Below, piece by piece: positions 12,506-25,250 of a DNA stretch of 64,000 nt (within the stretch, counting starts at the first letter, position 1; each line of letters starts with the position of its first letter). The notes under the pieces were generated by a model. The model was not told the origin of the DNA and ran no database searches. It saw nothing but the letters and a program-made list of their open reading frames with translations. This DNA is from Mobula hypostoma (lineage: Eukaryota), in the NCBI RefSeq assembly GCF_963921235.1, contig NC_086108.1:59770001-59834000 (forward strand). Reading direction: 5' to 3'. The translations under genes and the position numbers were made by a program.

Positions 12506-12629
12506 GCGCCTCTTCCTAGAGATGCTGCCTGGCCTGCTGCTCCCACCAGCAACTTTGCTGTGTGTTGCTTGAATTTCCAGCATCTGCAGAATTCCTGTTG
12601 TCTTGCTCTCTTCTCCTTTCCCTACTTTG

Positions 12630-14738
12630 CAACTTGCCCTGGCACACCTAGAAAACAATGTCACTTATGTCAGAATGCTGGTTCTGGATTTCATTTCAGC
12701 ATTCAACACCATTGTCCCACAGACCTTGGTGAACAAACTCCTACTCCTCAGTTTAAATACACCACTCACTGTACAACTGGGTATTGGATTTCCTACCTAC
12801 AAACCTCAGACAGCATGCACCACAGCTCCTCCCTCCCCATCATCCTCAACATTGGTGCCCCCCAGGGCTGTGTGTTGACCCATTGCTGTACGCTCTGCTC
12901 ACACGTAGCTGCACAGCCAAACGTCTGAGCAATCATATCGTCAAGTTCATCGATGACATGACAGTGCTGGTGCTCATCACCAACAACGATGAGATGGTCT
13001 ACAGAGAGGAGATAGAAGAGCTTGAGGCCTGGTGCCAGGCAAATAACCTCTTCCTTAATGTCAACAAGACAAAAGAGATGGTTATGGACTTCAGGAGACT
13101 CGCACCACTCACATCCCCCTACCTCTCTACATTGGCAGCACAGCAATAAAAAATGCAAGCAGCTTTAAACTCCTGGGAGTGCACATCCCCTACAATTTAC
13201 CTACCAACACAACTGAACGACAGATGATGCAATAGCATGACTGTGTCGCCTCCCACAACTCCAATCTGCTAATTAAATTTGCTGATGACATTACACTGAG
13301 TGGCCTAATCTCAAATAATAATGAGGCAGCCTACAAAGAGGAAGTTTATCACCCTGAAATAGTGATGTCAAGAAAACAACCTCTCCCTCAACATCGCAAA
13401 AACAAAGGAGTTATTTGTGGGCTACAGGAGGAATGGAGACAGGCTCACCCCTATTGACATCAATGGATCTGGAGTTGAGAGGGTGAACAGCTTTAAGTTC
13501 CTCGGCATTAACATCACTGAGGATATCACATGGTCTGTACATAACAGCTGTGTGGTGAAAAAGGCACAACAGCCCCTTTTGCACCTCAGACGGTTGAAGA
13601 AGTTTGGTATGGTTCCCCAAATTCTAAGAACTTTCTACAGGGGCAAAATTGAGAACATCTTGACTGGCTGTGTCACTGCCTGGTATGAGAACTGTACTTC
13701 CCTCAATCGGAGGACTCTGCAGAGAGTGGTGCGGACAGCCCAGTGCATCTGTAGAAGTGAACTTCCCACTATTCAGGTCATTTACAAAGATAAGTGTGTA
13801 AAAATGGCCCGAAGGATCATTGGGGACCTGAATCACCCCAACCATAAACTGTTTCAGCTGCTACTATCTGGGAAACGGTACCACAGCATGAAACCCAAGA
13901 CCAACAGGCTCCGGGACAGCTCCGTCCAGCAGGTTATCAGACTGCTAATTCATGCTGACACAATTTTATTTATGTTATATTGACCATACTGTTGTACATA
14001 ATTTTTATTATAAATTACTATAATTGCACATTGCATATATGAATGGAGACGTAAGGTAAAGATTTTTACTCCTCGTGTATATGAAGGATGTAAGTAATAA
14101 ATTCAATACACATACAATTTCACCAATGCTTCTACATTCTGAAGAGGCTGAAGAGAGCTGGTCTTTGTACATCTATACTCATGTCATTCTACAGAAGTGA
14201 AGCAGAGAGCATCCCGACAAGTGCATTGCTTCTTAGTACGAAAATTGCATGGCGGCAGGCAGGAAGGTACAACAAGGCAAGGTCAAAACTGTCCAATGCA
14301 TCACCATCACCAGCCTACCCACCATCAAGAATATTTATACAGGAAGGTGCCGGAAATGGGCCCGCAACATCACAAAGGCTCTCATCCACCCTGCTCATGG
14401 ACAGTTTGTCCCACTGCCATCAGAGAGGAGGCTATATAGCATCCACACCAGGATCACTAGACACACAATCAGTGACTTTCCTCAAGCAGTAAGGCTGATC
14501 GGCATCTCCACTCACTAACTCCACCACTATTTTGTTATTTGCTCTGTCATCTCATGTACAGCCACAGCATCACTTTAATTACATATGATCAATCAATGTG
14601 TATAAGTTCTCTTATGCATTTATATTTCTTGTGTCTTTTTAAAATTATTTTGTTCTTTATCTTTTATGCTTTTTTTGTGCTGCATTGGAACCGGAGTAAG
14701 AATTACTGCATTCTTCTTTACATTTGTGTACTGGTAAT
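12630..14738 (+). mobile_element. Rex1/Babar-type LINE RT fragment, interrupted by a second Rex-type 3' fragment (~13200-14105); its tail resumes at 29100-29130
   Basis: YVRMLVLDFISAFNT, GAPQGCV, KFIDD, LNVNKTKEMVMDFR and RVNSFKFLG motifs. The terminal gaaatgacattaaac..tcttgaa lies beyond the outer LTR element. Confidence 0.85.
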
Positions 14739-15917
14739 TGTAATGTATGGATCGGTTGTCTTTCTATTCCCTCTCTCTTGTGTATACACCCCTTAAAGCC
14801 ATCACCCATGTGTGTGCTTTTATTTAATATATATGTAGTTGTATGCAAACACAACAAATTGACGACAAGTACGAACCTGAACATCAGGAAATATCACGAA
14901 CTGCACCGACCATTATGGGACAAAGTAGCGAGAGTTAAACAGCACGAGAATGCCGAAGGACCCATGAGTAACAGTGAAAGATGCGTTGAATTTAAAGTGA
15001 AAATAACATGGTGATGGTTTCAGTTGGGGAAAGTTGACAAATTTCATAGTGCTAATGAAGGCTGGGAGTCATACATTGAAAAGGTTGAACTGTGTTGTAA
15101 TGTAAACAATGTGAGGAGCAAAAGAAATCCCCTACATTTCTTGGCTTAATGAGTGCAAGGACATACAGTCTCTTATGCAGCTTTGTGGTCCCTGAAAAGC
15201 CAGCAAGCAAGAAGTTCAATGAAATTGCTAAAATTTTACAAAATGACTTGAGCCCTAAGACACTGGAAGTAGATGAGAGATTTAGATTTTACAAAATGAA
15301 CCAGTCAAATGATGAAAGCCTTTCTGAATACATTGCAGAACTACACAAACTTTCCCAGTACTGTGACTTCAGTGATAGGGTTTCTGCTGCATTACAGATG
15401 GACAGGCTTGGATCAGAATCAGAATTAGAATCAGAATCAGGTTTATTATCACTGGCATGTGACATGAAATTTGTTAACTGAGCAGCAGCAGTTCAATGCA
15501 ATACATAATATAGAAGAAAAAAAACACAAACTATAATAATAATAATAAATAAATACGTAAATCAATTACAGTATACATATACGTATATTGAATCGATTAA
15601 AAATCGTACAAAAACAGAAATACTATATATTAAAAAAACTGAGGTAGTGTCCAAGAGTTCAATGTCCATTTAGGAATCGGATGACATAAGGGAAGAAACT
15701 GTTCCTGAATCGCTGAGTGTGTGCCTTTAAGCTTCTGTGCCTACTACCTGATGGTAACAGTGAGAAAAGGGCATGCCCTAGGTGCTTGAGTTCCTTAATA
15801 ATGGACGCTGCCTTTCTGAGACACCGCTTCTTGAAGTTGTCCTGGGTACTTTGTAAGCTAGTACCCAAGATGGAGCCAACTAAATTTACAGCCCTCTGCA
15901 GCTTCTTTCCATTCTGT

Positions 15918-16729
15918 TGTCATGTGTGATGCCAAGCAGAGCTACCGGACGGATGGTGCTAATGAGAGAGAAAATGGAAGACAATGGAGAAACATTCAAA
16001 ATGCTAATAAGAGAGAAGAGAGAGATTAACGAGAAAGAAACACAATTCAGATATTGACAGACCGTTTGCTTTGAACCTGAACTGTTTGAAGTTTGATGGA
16101 CAGGTGATACCCCAGCAGGGAGACAAAAAGAGCAGATTTGCTAAGGCACGACACATGCCACGAGACCCTGGAAAGAGCAGTGTGCCCCCACAAGTTGGTG
16201 GAAGTTTGGAGGCCCGGTTCGCGAGAATTGGTCAAAGGCTCACAGAGTGTAAAGGTACGATCGGTGGAAATCTGTGGTGTGTGTCCTCCCTTGCCTGGGT
16301 GCCGGGTTCAGCATGGAAGAATGATCATATCTGGAATGGAGGGGTCACAGTCGGTGACCACAGCGGGATCAGAAGACATCCAAAAGTCTGCCTGAAACCA
16401 ACTGCACCTCTCACTCTCTCTCTTTCTCTCTCTCCAACGGTACAACAACAGCGATTACTTCGAACTACACTAAACTGAACTGAACTCTGCTTCACTTAAG
16501 ACTGATCATTTTACCCCTAGACTGCGATAGAGCTTGGTTGATTACTATTACCCTATTTGTGTGTATATGTGCGTATTATCATTGCTAACCTGGTACATTT
16601 ATATCCTTGCGATTAGTGTACTGTATTATTTATTTCTTTAATATAACTTTATTAGTTCCTAGTAATCACAGACTTCAATGAGCATTCCATTTCTGCTGGT
16701 TTGGCAACCCAGTTACAGGGTACGTAACA
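15918..16729 (+). repeat. 5' LTR (812 bp)
   Basis: tgtcatgtgtgatgccaagcagag...tacgtaaca; direct repeat of 21442-22236. Confidence 0.95.
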
Positions 16730-16733
16730 TAAG

Positions 16734-16752
16734 TAGGGATCTCATCCGGGAT
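16734..16752 (+). promoter_or_regulatory. Primer-binding site, degenerate tRNA-Pro type
   Basis: tagggatctcatccgggat, 4 nt after the LTR end, resembles the tRNA-Pro PBS TGGGGGCTCGTCCGGGAT. Confidence 0.6.
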
Positions 16753-16829
16753 TTTGAACGCCAAAATTGGGACTGGGTAAGTTGATTGGGTTAAAATCCT
16801 CAAAAGGAAAAAAAAGGTAAACAGCAGAA

Positions 16830-19800
16830 ATGGAGATTGAGGAATTTCTAAAGGCACCAACCTTGGAGGCATTAGAGGATGCCAGGAAATCAGAATTGGC
16901 GAATGTTGCCAAATGGTTGAATCTTTTTAAGGGGAAGTCGACAATGAGGAGAGCGGAGATGCACAGAGCTATCGTTGAGCATTATGTATCTAAAGGTGTG
17001 TTTCCCCACGGGGTGCTGGAGGTGGTGTCTATGAGCAAACCTGGTGGAAAGGCAGTGCAGCTGCAGATGGAAAAATTCTGAGTAAAGCAGTTAGAACAGG
17101 AAGAGAGAGAGAAGGAAAGGGAGTTTGAACTGGAGAAGTTAAGGATGGCGCTAGAGAGGGGCCAAATGCCGAACCAAGGTGGAGGGTTCAGGGCGACTCA
17201 GGAGGTTAGGTTGGTTCCCCCATTTGAGGAGGCCGATGTTGATCGGTACTTTCGACATTTTGAAAAAGTCGCTGCAAGTCAGGACTGGCCGAGGGATAAG
17301 TGGGCTGTTTTGTTTCAGAGCGTACTTAAAGGGAAGGCTCAGCAAGCTTACTCAGCATTGTCAGCAGAAGATGCCCAGAGGTATGATGTGGTGAAAGAGG
17401 CTATACACAGAATTTATGAGTTGGTCCCAGAGGCATACCAGCAACAGTCCTGGAATGTGAGAAAGCAGTGGGGCTGCAAGTATTTAGAGTTCGCCCGCGA
17501 GATGCAGACATATTGTGAGCATTGGTGCGCCTCGAAAGGGGTCACTGGGAATTATGACAGACTGCTCCAGCTAATACTGACTGAGCAATTTAAAGGTTGT
17601 GTCCCTGAAGGTATGAGACCCTATCTAGATGAGAAAGAGGCAGAAACCTTAGCCGCAACTGCTAAATTAGCAGATGAGTACACGTTAACACACAAAGCAA
17701 AGTTTACCCTGAGTAAGAGCTACCAGAAGGGTAGTCGAGAGGGCGGAGAAAGTCCACCGGAAAAGCCAGAAGGTAAGCTGGGGACTAGTGAGAAGGATAA
17801 GGAAGACGGGAAGCAGTTTGGTAGGAAGTCTCCTGGGGTCGTATGCTATAATTGTGGGAAAGCTGGTCACATTGTGTCCAGATGTTTTGTCCCAAAGAAG
17901 GAGACGGGGAAAGGAAAAACGATGACTCCGACTGGTTGTATTGAGCCGGCAAACAAACTGCTAGGGGAGAAGAGGTCTGATAGAGTTCAGGAAGGGCGCG
18001 AGAAGTTTATTTCGGCCGGTTTAGTGTCAGTGAAGGAGGGGTCAACCCCAGTTCCAATACGGATCTGAAGAGACACTGGGGCTTGTCAGTCATTGATCTT
18101 AACGAGGGTGTTAGACTTTAGTGCAGAGACCGAGACTGGGGAGGTCAGTGTGATAAAAGGCATTGGGAAAGGGACTGAAGCAGTACCTTCGCACCAGATA
18201 CACCTAAAAAGTGACTTGGTCTCCGGACCGGTCACGATAGGGGTGAGGCCGGAATTACCGATGGAAGACGTGGAGGTCTTACTCGGTAACGACCTTGCAG
18301 GTGGAGATGTGTACCCAGCAGTAAAGCTGACAAGCAGGCCTGCCAGGACTGAGGACCCGCCCATGGACTCACAGGTTTATCCCATTTGCGCAGTAACTCG
18401 GAGCATGTCGAGAAGGACTGCCGAAGCGAATGTAGATTTAGCTGAGACGCTTTTACCAGCCTTGTACCAGGAGGGGTTAGAAAGTGAGAAGAAGGAGCAT
18501 AGTGGAGCGGAAGGAAGTGAGGGAGTTGAGGTTGATTTATCATTAGTGAGGAAGGAATTTATACAGGCACAGGAACGAGATGAGGAGCTGATGGTTTTGA
18601 CGGAGACAGCTCACTCCAAAGCAGAAATAAAAAGGGAACCAGTGGGCTATTATGTGAAGGAGGGAGTACTGATGAGGAAGTGGAGACCAAGTACAGTGCC
18701 CGCAGATGAGGAGTGGGGGGTGGTACACCAGGCGGTAGTGCCGAAAATTTATAGGGATGAGATTCTTAACCTGGCCCACAAGATACCCTTCGGTGGGCAT
18801 TTTGGGGTGAGGAAAACAGTCGATAGGATTATGAAGGAGTTTTACTGGCCGAACATGAGGAAGGATATTATTGAATATTGTAGACGGTGTCATTTATGTC
18901 AGGTGGTCGGAATGCCGAATCAGGTCCTGCCTAAAGCACCCCTTCGACCGATACCCGCTTTCGGGGAACCTTTTTCCTGAATAATTGTGGGTTTTGTCGG
19001 TCCCCTGCCCAGAACTGTGAGTGGGCAAGAGTATGTGATGACTATAATGTGCGCCGCCACCAGGTTTCTGGAGGCTGTGCCCCTGGCAAGCGTCAAGGCT
19101 CCCGCAATGGTAAAGGCGCTTGTGAAATTTTTCACTACGGTGGGGCTGCCAAGGGAAATCCAGTCAGATCAGGGGAGTGTCTTCACATCTCACACATTCC
19201 GACGGATGTTGGATGAGATGGGAGCAAAGCAGACTTTGGCCTCCGCATACCACCCAGAGTCCCAAGGAGTGTTGGAACGATTCCACGCCACATTAAAGAC
19301 CATGATTAAAATTTACTGTCAAGAGAACGCTAGGGACAGGGATGATGCCTTGCCCCTTCTGTTATTTGCCGTAAGGGACACAGTCCAGGAGTCATTGGGG
19401 TTCAGCCCATTCGAGCTCGTCTTCGGTCATTGGCCCGGAGGACCTCTGACCTTACTGAAAGAGAAATGGTCCAGTCCGACAGTACAAGTCAATGTGATTG
19501 ATTATGTTTTAAAATTTCGTGAGAGGCTTAAAAGGATCTGTGACCTTGCCAAAGAAAATCTATGACACTCCCAAACTAAAATGAAACAGTGGTATGATAG
19601 ACGTGCCCGCGACCAAGTGTTTCAAGTGGGCGATAGGGTCTTAGTTCTGTTTCCAGTGGTAACCAACCTCCTCCAGGTGAGATTCCATGGTCCGTACAAA
19701 GTGATTAAAAAGGTAGACTCTTTGAATTATGTTATTGAAACGCCGGACAGACGTAAGCCGACCCAATTAGTGCATATTAATATGTTAAAAGCTTACCACG

Positions 19801-21320
19801 ATCAGAAAGCAGATCTAGTCAGTGTTATCACAAAAATAAATGAGGCTGGGGTGCCAAATGATAAGGGGAAAACCCATCTTGAAAAGATAAATATGGTGCT
19901 GACCAGATTGGAGAACTCTATTGTTTTGGCCAACTTTGCTGATAAGGTCTCTCACTTAACCCCTGAACAGAGTGAGCCGCTGATAAAACTAATTAACCGG
20001 CATGAAGATGTATGTCCGGATGTCCCGAGGCAATGCAAGAGGATGGTACATGATGTTGTTGTCACATCGGATCAGCCTATTAAGCAACACCCCTATAGGA
20101 TGAACTTGGAGAAGGGCAAGCTAGTGGAGAAAGAAATTGAACACATGCTAGCCACAGGTATTATTAGACTATCCAAATCGGAATGGGCTTCTCCCTGTGT
20201 GGTTGTCCCGAACTCAATGGGAGCATACGATTCTGTACAGATTACAGAAAGGTGAACGCCATCACAAAAACTGATGCTTACCCCATCCCAAGGGTATCGA
20301 TAAAGTGGGGAGAGCTAAGTACATCACAAAGATCGATTTGCTGAAAGGGTACTGGTGCGGTCCTTTAACCGACCGGGCTAGAGCAATCTCAGCATTTGTC
20401 ACTCCATCCGGGTTATACACGAGTATAATGTTTTACCTTTTGGCATGAAGAACACCCCAGGGACCTTCCAAAGGATGATTAATTCAGTGATAAAAAGGTT
20501 AAAGAACGCAGAAGCATATATTGACGATTTAGTGGTCTGGAGTGACACGTGGAAGGAGCACATTGTGGCAGTAGAGGAACTGTTTAAACGGCTGTCTGAA
20601 GCCAACCAGACAGCAAACCTCGTGAAAAGTGAGTTCGGCCACGCTAAAGTCACTTATCTGGGGTATGTGGTAGGACAGGGGCAGCTGGCACTGATGCAGG
20701 CTAAGGTGCAGGCTATCTCTGAAGTTCCTATCCCGATGGACAAGAGAGCCCTGAGAAGGTTCTTGGGGATGGTGGGGTACTATCGGAAGTTTTGCAAAAA
20801 CTTTGCGAATATTACCCTCCCTCTTACTAAGCTGTTGCCGAAGAATGAGAAGTTTGTGTGGAACGACCTTTGTCAACAAGTCTTCGAGAGTCTGAAGGCG
20901 ATTCTGTGTCACCACCCTGTATTGAATGTGCCTGACTTTTCAAAACCCTTCTTCCTAGCAACAGATGCTAGCGACGAAGTGGCAGGGGCGGTGCTGTTGC
21001 AGACAGACAAAGAGGAAATGGAACACCCAGTGGCTTATTTTTCTAAGAAGTTTAATGTCCATCAGAGAAATTATTCCACTGTGGAGAAGGAATTACTGGC
21101 AATCATACTGGCATTACAACATTTTCAGGTTGATATTTGTCCGGCACGGAAACCACTGATAATGGACACTGATCACAATCCATTAGTGTTTTTGGCCACA
21201 ATGAAGGATAAAAACAAACGCTTATTAAGTTGGAGCCTGGTATTACAGGAATTTGATATTAAGATAAAACATATAAAAGGAACTGACAATGTGTTTGCTG
21301 ATTGTCTGTCAAGGTGTTAA
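16830..21320 (+). pseudogene. Single gag-pol polyprotein broken by in-frame TGA stops and a frameshifted stretch near 20210-20400
   Basis: ORFs at 16830, 17145, 18093, 18987, 19581 and 20445 are all in one frame. Motifs: SCAN-like CA-CTD, CCHC knuckle (17844-17885), protease DTG (18072-18080), integrase HHCC/SDQG/ERFH/GPY, RT YIDD (20517-20528), RNase H TDAS/TDH/ADCLSR. Confidence 0.93.
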
Positions 21321-21430
21321 AACTTACATTTCTCTGTATTAGTCGAATAGCTGATGACTATCTGTATATTAGTGTGTATCTTAGAATGTGCATTCATGCC
21401 CATCATTTTTACCCCAGTAAAAATCCTTTT

Positions 21431-21441
21431 AAGGGTTGGGA
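21431..21441 (+). promoter_or_regulatory. Polypurine tract
   Basis: aagggttggga immediately precedes the 3' LTR. Confidence 0.6.
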
Positions 21442-22236
21442 TGTCATGCGTGATGCCAAGCAGAGCTACTGGACGGATGATGCTAATGAGAGAGATAACG
21501 GAAGACAATGGAGAAACATTCAAAATGCTAATAAGAGAGAATTTAACGAGAACGAAACACAATTCAGATATTGACAGACCGTTTACTTTGAATCTGAACT
21601 GTCTGAAGTTTGATGGACAGGTGATACCCCAGCCGGGGGATAAAAAGAGCAGGTTTGCTAAGGCACGAAACACGCCACGAGACCCTGGAAAGAGCAGTGT
21701 GCCCCCACAAGTTGGTGGAAGTTTGGAGGCCCGGTTCGCGGGAATTGGTCAAAGGCTCACAGGGTGTAAAGGTACGATCGGTGGGAATCTGTGGTGTGTG
21801 TCCGCCCTTGCCTGGGTGTCGGGTTCAGCATGGAAGAACGATCATATCTGGAACGGAGGGGTCACAGTCGGTAACCACAGTGGGATCAGAAGACATCAAA
21901 AAGTCTGCCCGAAACCAACTGCATCTCTCTCTCTCTCTCCCCAACGGTACAACAACAGTGATTACTTCGAACTACACTAAACTGAACTGAACTCTGCTTC
22001 GCTTAAGACTGATCATTTTACCCCTAGACTGCGATAGAGCTTGGTTGATTCCTATTACCCTATTTGTGTGTATATGTGTGTATTATCATTGCTAACCTGG
22101 TACATTTATATCCTTGCGATTAGTGTACTGTATTAATTAATTCTTTAATAAAACTTTATTAGTTCCTAGTAATCACAGACTCCAACGAGTGTTCCATTTC
22201 TGCTGGTTTGGCAAACCAGTTATGGGGTACGTAACA
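21442..22236 (+). repeat. 3' LTR (795 bp)
   Basis: tgtcatgcgtgatgccaagcagag...tacgtaaca. Confidence 0.95.
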
Positions 22237-25200
22237 CTGGGCAGTAGCCCCTCCATACCAGACAGTGATGCAGCCTGTCAGAATGCTCTCCACAGTACAT
22301 CTATAGAAGTTTTTGAGTGTATTTGTTGACATACCAAATCTCTTCAAACTCCTAATGAAGTATAGCCGCTGTCTTGCCTCTTTTAAAACTGCATCGCTAG
22401 GTTGGGACCAGGTTAGATCCTCAGAGATCTTGACACCCAGGAACTTAAAACTGCTCATTCTCTCCACTTCTGATTCTTCTACGAGGATTGGTATGTGTTC
22501 CTTCGTCTTACCCTTCCTGATGTCCACAGTCAGCTCTTTCGTTTTACTATCGTTGAGTGCCAGGTTGTTGCTGTGGCACCACTCCACTAGTTGGCATATC
22601 TCACTCCTGTACACCCTCTCGTCACCACCTGAGATTCTACCAACAATGGCTGTATGGTCAGCAGATTTATAGATGGTATTTGAGCTATGCCTAGCCACAC
22701 AGTCATGGGTATAGAGAGAGTAGAGCAGTGGGCTAAGCACACAGCCCAGAGGTGCACTAGTGTTGATCATCAGCAAGGAGGAAATGTTATCACCAATCCA
22801 CACAGATTGTGGTCTTCCAGTTAGGAAGTCGAGGATCCAATTGCAGAGGGAGGTACAGAGGCCCAGGTTCTGCAACTTCTCAATCAGGATTATGGGAATG
22901 CTGGTGTTAAATGCTGAGCTGTAGTCGATGAACAGCATCCTGACATAAGTGTTTGTGTTGTCCTGGTGGTCTAAAACTGTGTGAAGAGCCATTGAGATTG
23001 CATCTGCTGTTGACCTATTGTGGCAATAGGCAAATTGCAGTGGGTCCAGGTCCTTGCTGAGGCAGGAATTCAGTCTAGTCATGACCAACCTCTCAAAGCA
23101 TTTCATCATTGTAGATGTGAGTCATTAAAGCAGCTCACATTATTCTTCTTAGGCACTGGTATAATTGTTGCCTTTTTGAAGCAAGTGGGAACTTCCACCC
23201 ATAGCAGTGAGAGGTTAAACATGTCATTGAATACTCCCGCCAGTTGGTTGGCACAGGTTTTCAGAGCCTTACCAGGTACTCCATCGGGACCTTCCGCCTT
23301 GCAAGGGTTCACTCTCTTTAAAGACAGCCTAACATTGGCCTCTGAGACAGAGATCATAGGGTCATCAGGTGCAGCAGGGATCTTCACAGCTGTAATTGTG
23401 TTCTTCATTTCAAAGCAGGTATAGAAGGCGTTGAGTTCATCTGGTAGTGAAGTATCACACATTCATGCTATGGGGTTTCACTTTGTAGGACGTAATGTCT
23501 TGCAAACCCTGCCAAAGTTGTCGTGCATCCAATGTTGCCTCCAACCTTGTTCAAAATTGTCTCTTCACCCTTGAAATAGCCCTCCACAAATCATACCTAG
23601 ATTTCTGGTACAGGCCTGGGTCGCCAGACTTGAATGCCACAGATCCAGCCTTCAGCAGTCAATGTACCTCCTGGTTCATCCACGGCTTCTGGTTTGGAAA
23701 TGTACAGTAAGTCTCTGTAGGCACACACTCATCCACACAGGTTTTAATGAAGTCGGTAACAACTGCAGCATACTCATCCAGGTTCGAAGATGAATCCCTG
23801 AATACAGTCCAGTTCACTAATTCAAAGCAGTCCTGTAAGCACTCCTTTGCTTCACCTTGTCCATACTTTCTTGGTCCTCACTACTGATACTGAAGTCTTC
23901 AGTCTCTGCCTATACTCAGAGTAGAAGTACAGCCAGTTGATCAGACTTCCCGAAGTGAGGGCGTAGAATACAATTATTGGTTTTCTTGATGGTGGAGTAG
24001 CAACGGTCCAGTGTATTGTTTCCTCTAGTATTGCAAATGATCTGTTGATGGTAATTCCTTAGTGATTTTTTCAGACTGGCCTGGTTAAAATCTCCCAAAA
24101 TGATACGGCATCCCTAGTCAAAGCACTCAAAAGAGGCTGTTGTCCAAAAGAGACCTATTGCAGTATTGTTAGAGACTGCAACAAATAATGCAACAGAACT
24201 ACAAAAAAAAGAGGTTAGAATTGGAAATGCACAAACTGTCCCTGAATGGTGCAAAAAGCCAAAGAAAGTATCAATGTGGCAACTCCTCCCATGATGCAAA
24301 TGACTGTTGTTTCAAAGAAAAGGTCTGCAGACAAGGTCATATACTGAGAGTGTGTATATGTATGCAAAAACCACAACCGAGTAAAAAGCCTCAAACACAA
24401 AACTAAGAAATGCATAAAGTTACCAAATGTAAACCGGAATCTGACAACACAGAGTCTGACAAAGGCGAACTGTCATACCTAGAACTGCAAAGTATAACTG
24501 AAGTAGATCACAAAATCATCTGGATCACAATAGATGTGTCAGGTGTAGAACTGAAAATGGAGCTGGATACAAGGTTAGCTTTGCCCATAATTCCAGAGGC
24601 TGACTACAATGGAATGTTTTCTAAGATACCACTATAGGAGACCTCAATGATGCTGAAAACTTACACAGGGAAAAAAGTGTTTCCCAAAGGCAAACTGAAA
24701 GTAAAGGTGTTATATGAAGGCCAAACACTGCAGCTAGAGCTTTATGTATTGAAAAGTGGATGGTTGAGAAAAATCCATCTAGAGTTGTACTCAATCAAGG
24801 TTCTCAGTGTTGCATCAACAGGAAATGGCAGCCCAAACAGCAGTACTAACCAGAGGCTGCCACAGAAGCTTAATGCTAATGAGAAGGTGTTTGAGAAGGG
24901 ACTAGATAAGCAGATTGAAGACTTGGCCAAAAGCTTTTCAGGTTGCCAAGAAGTCCAAAATGCACCCTCACAGGCTCTGGTACAACCATGACAAAGAGTA
25001 CATATTGACTTTGCTAGGCCATTCATGGACTCCATGTTCCTGATTGCTGTGGGTGCTCATTCAAAGTCACCGGAGGTTATACCAATGAAGTCAATGCTTC
25101 AGCAAGGACTGTTTCCACTTTGGGACTGCCTTTATCAGAAATAGCTTACTAGAACAAATTGTGAGTGACAACGGACCACAATACACTTCAGAAGAATTCA

Positions 25201-25250
25201 GATTATTTAGGAAGCAAAATGGAATCAGACGTTGCAAGTCAACTCCTCAT

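Larger units (their letters stand above)
11185..12600. mobile_element. Penelope-like element (PLE), 5'-truncated, in inverted (fold-back) arrangement with a 13-bp TSD
   Basis: The left arm 11185-11818 is the reverse complement of the right arm (11819-12556) with a ~65-bp deletion. Contains GIY-YIG coding sequence. TSD tcttgctctcttc at 11172-11184 and 12601-12613. Confidence 0.92.
15918..22236 (+). mobile_element. Full-length Gmr1-like Ty3/Gypsy LTR retrotransposon
   Basis: Two ~0.8-kb LTRs with TG..CA ends, a 4-bp TSD ctgt/ctgg, PBS and PPT. Internal order is gag-PR-IN-RT-RH. Confidence 0.95.
15411..24106 (-). mobile_element. Rex1/Babar LINE (endonuclease to 3' tail) inserted in the outer Gypsy gag
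   Basis: (gaatca)n tail at 15411-15440. RT ORF 22159..23109 ([37 protein letters not shown]). Endonuclease remnant 23916..24098 (GDFN, NTLD, GKSD). Confidence 0.9.

Noticed and set aside
12169..12928. Pro-rich and hydrophobic ORFs of 100-198 aa
   Set aside because: They translate the pyrimidine-rich PLE 3' region and run across element junctions.
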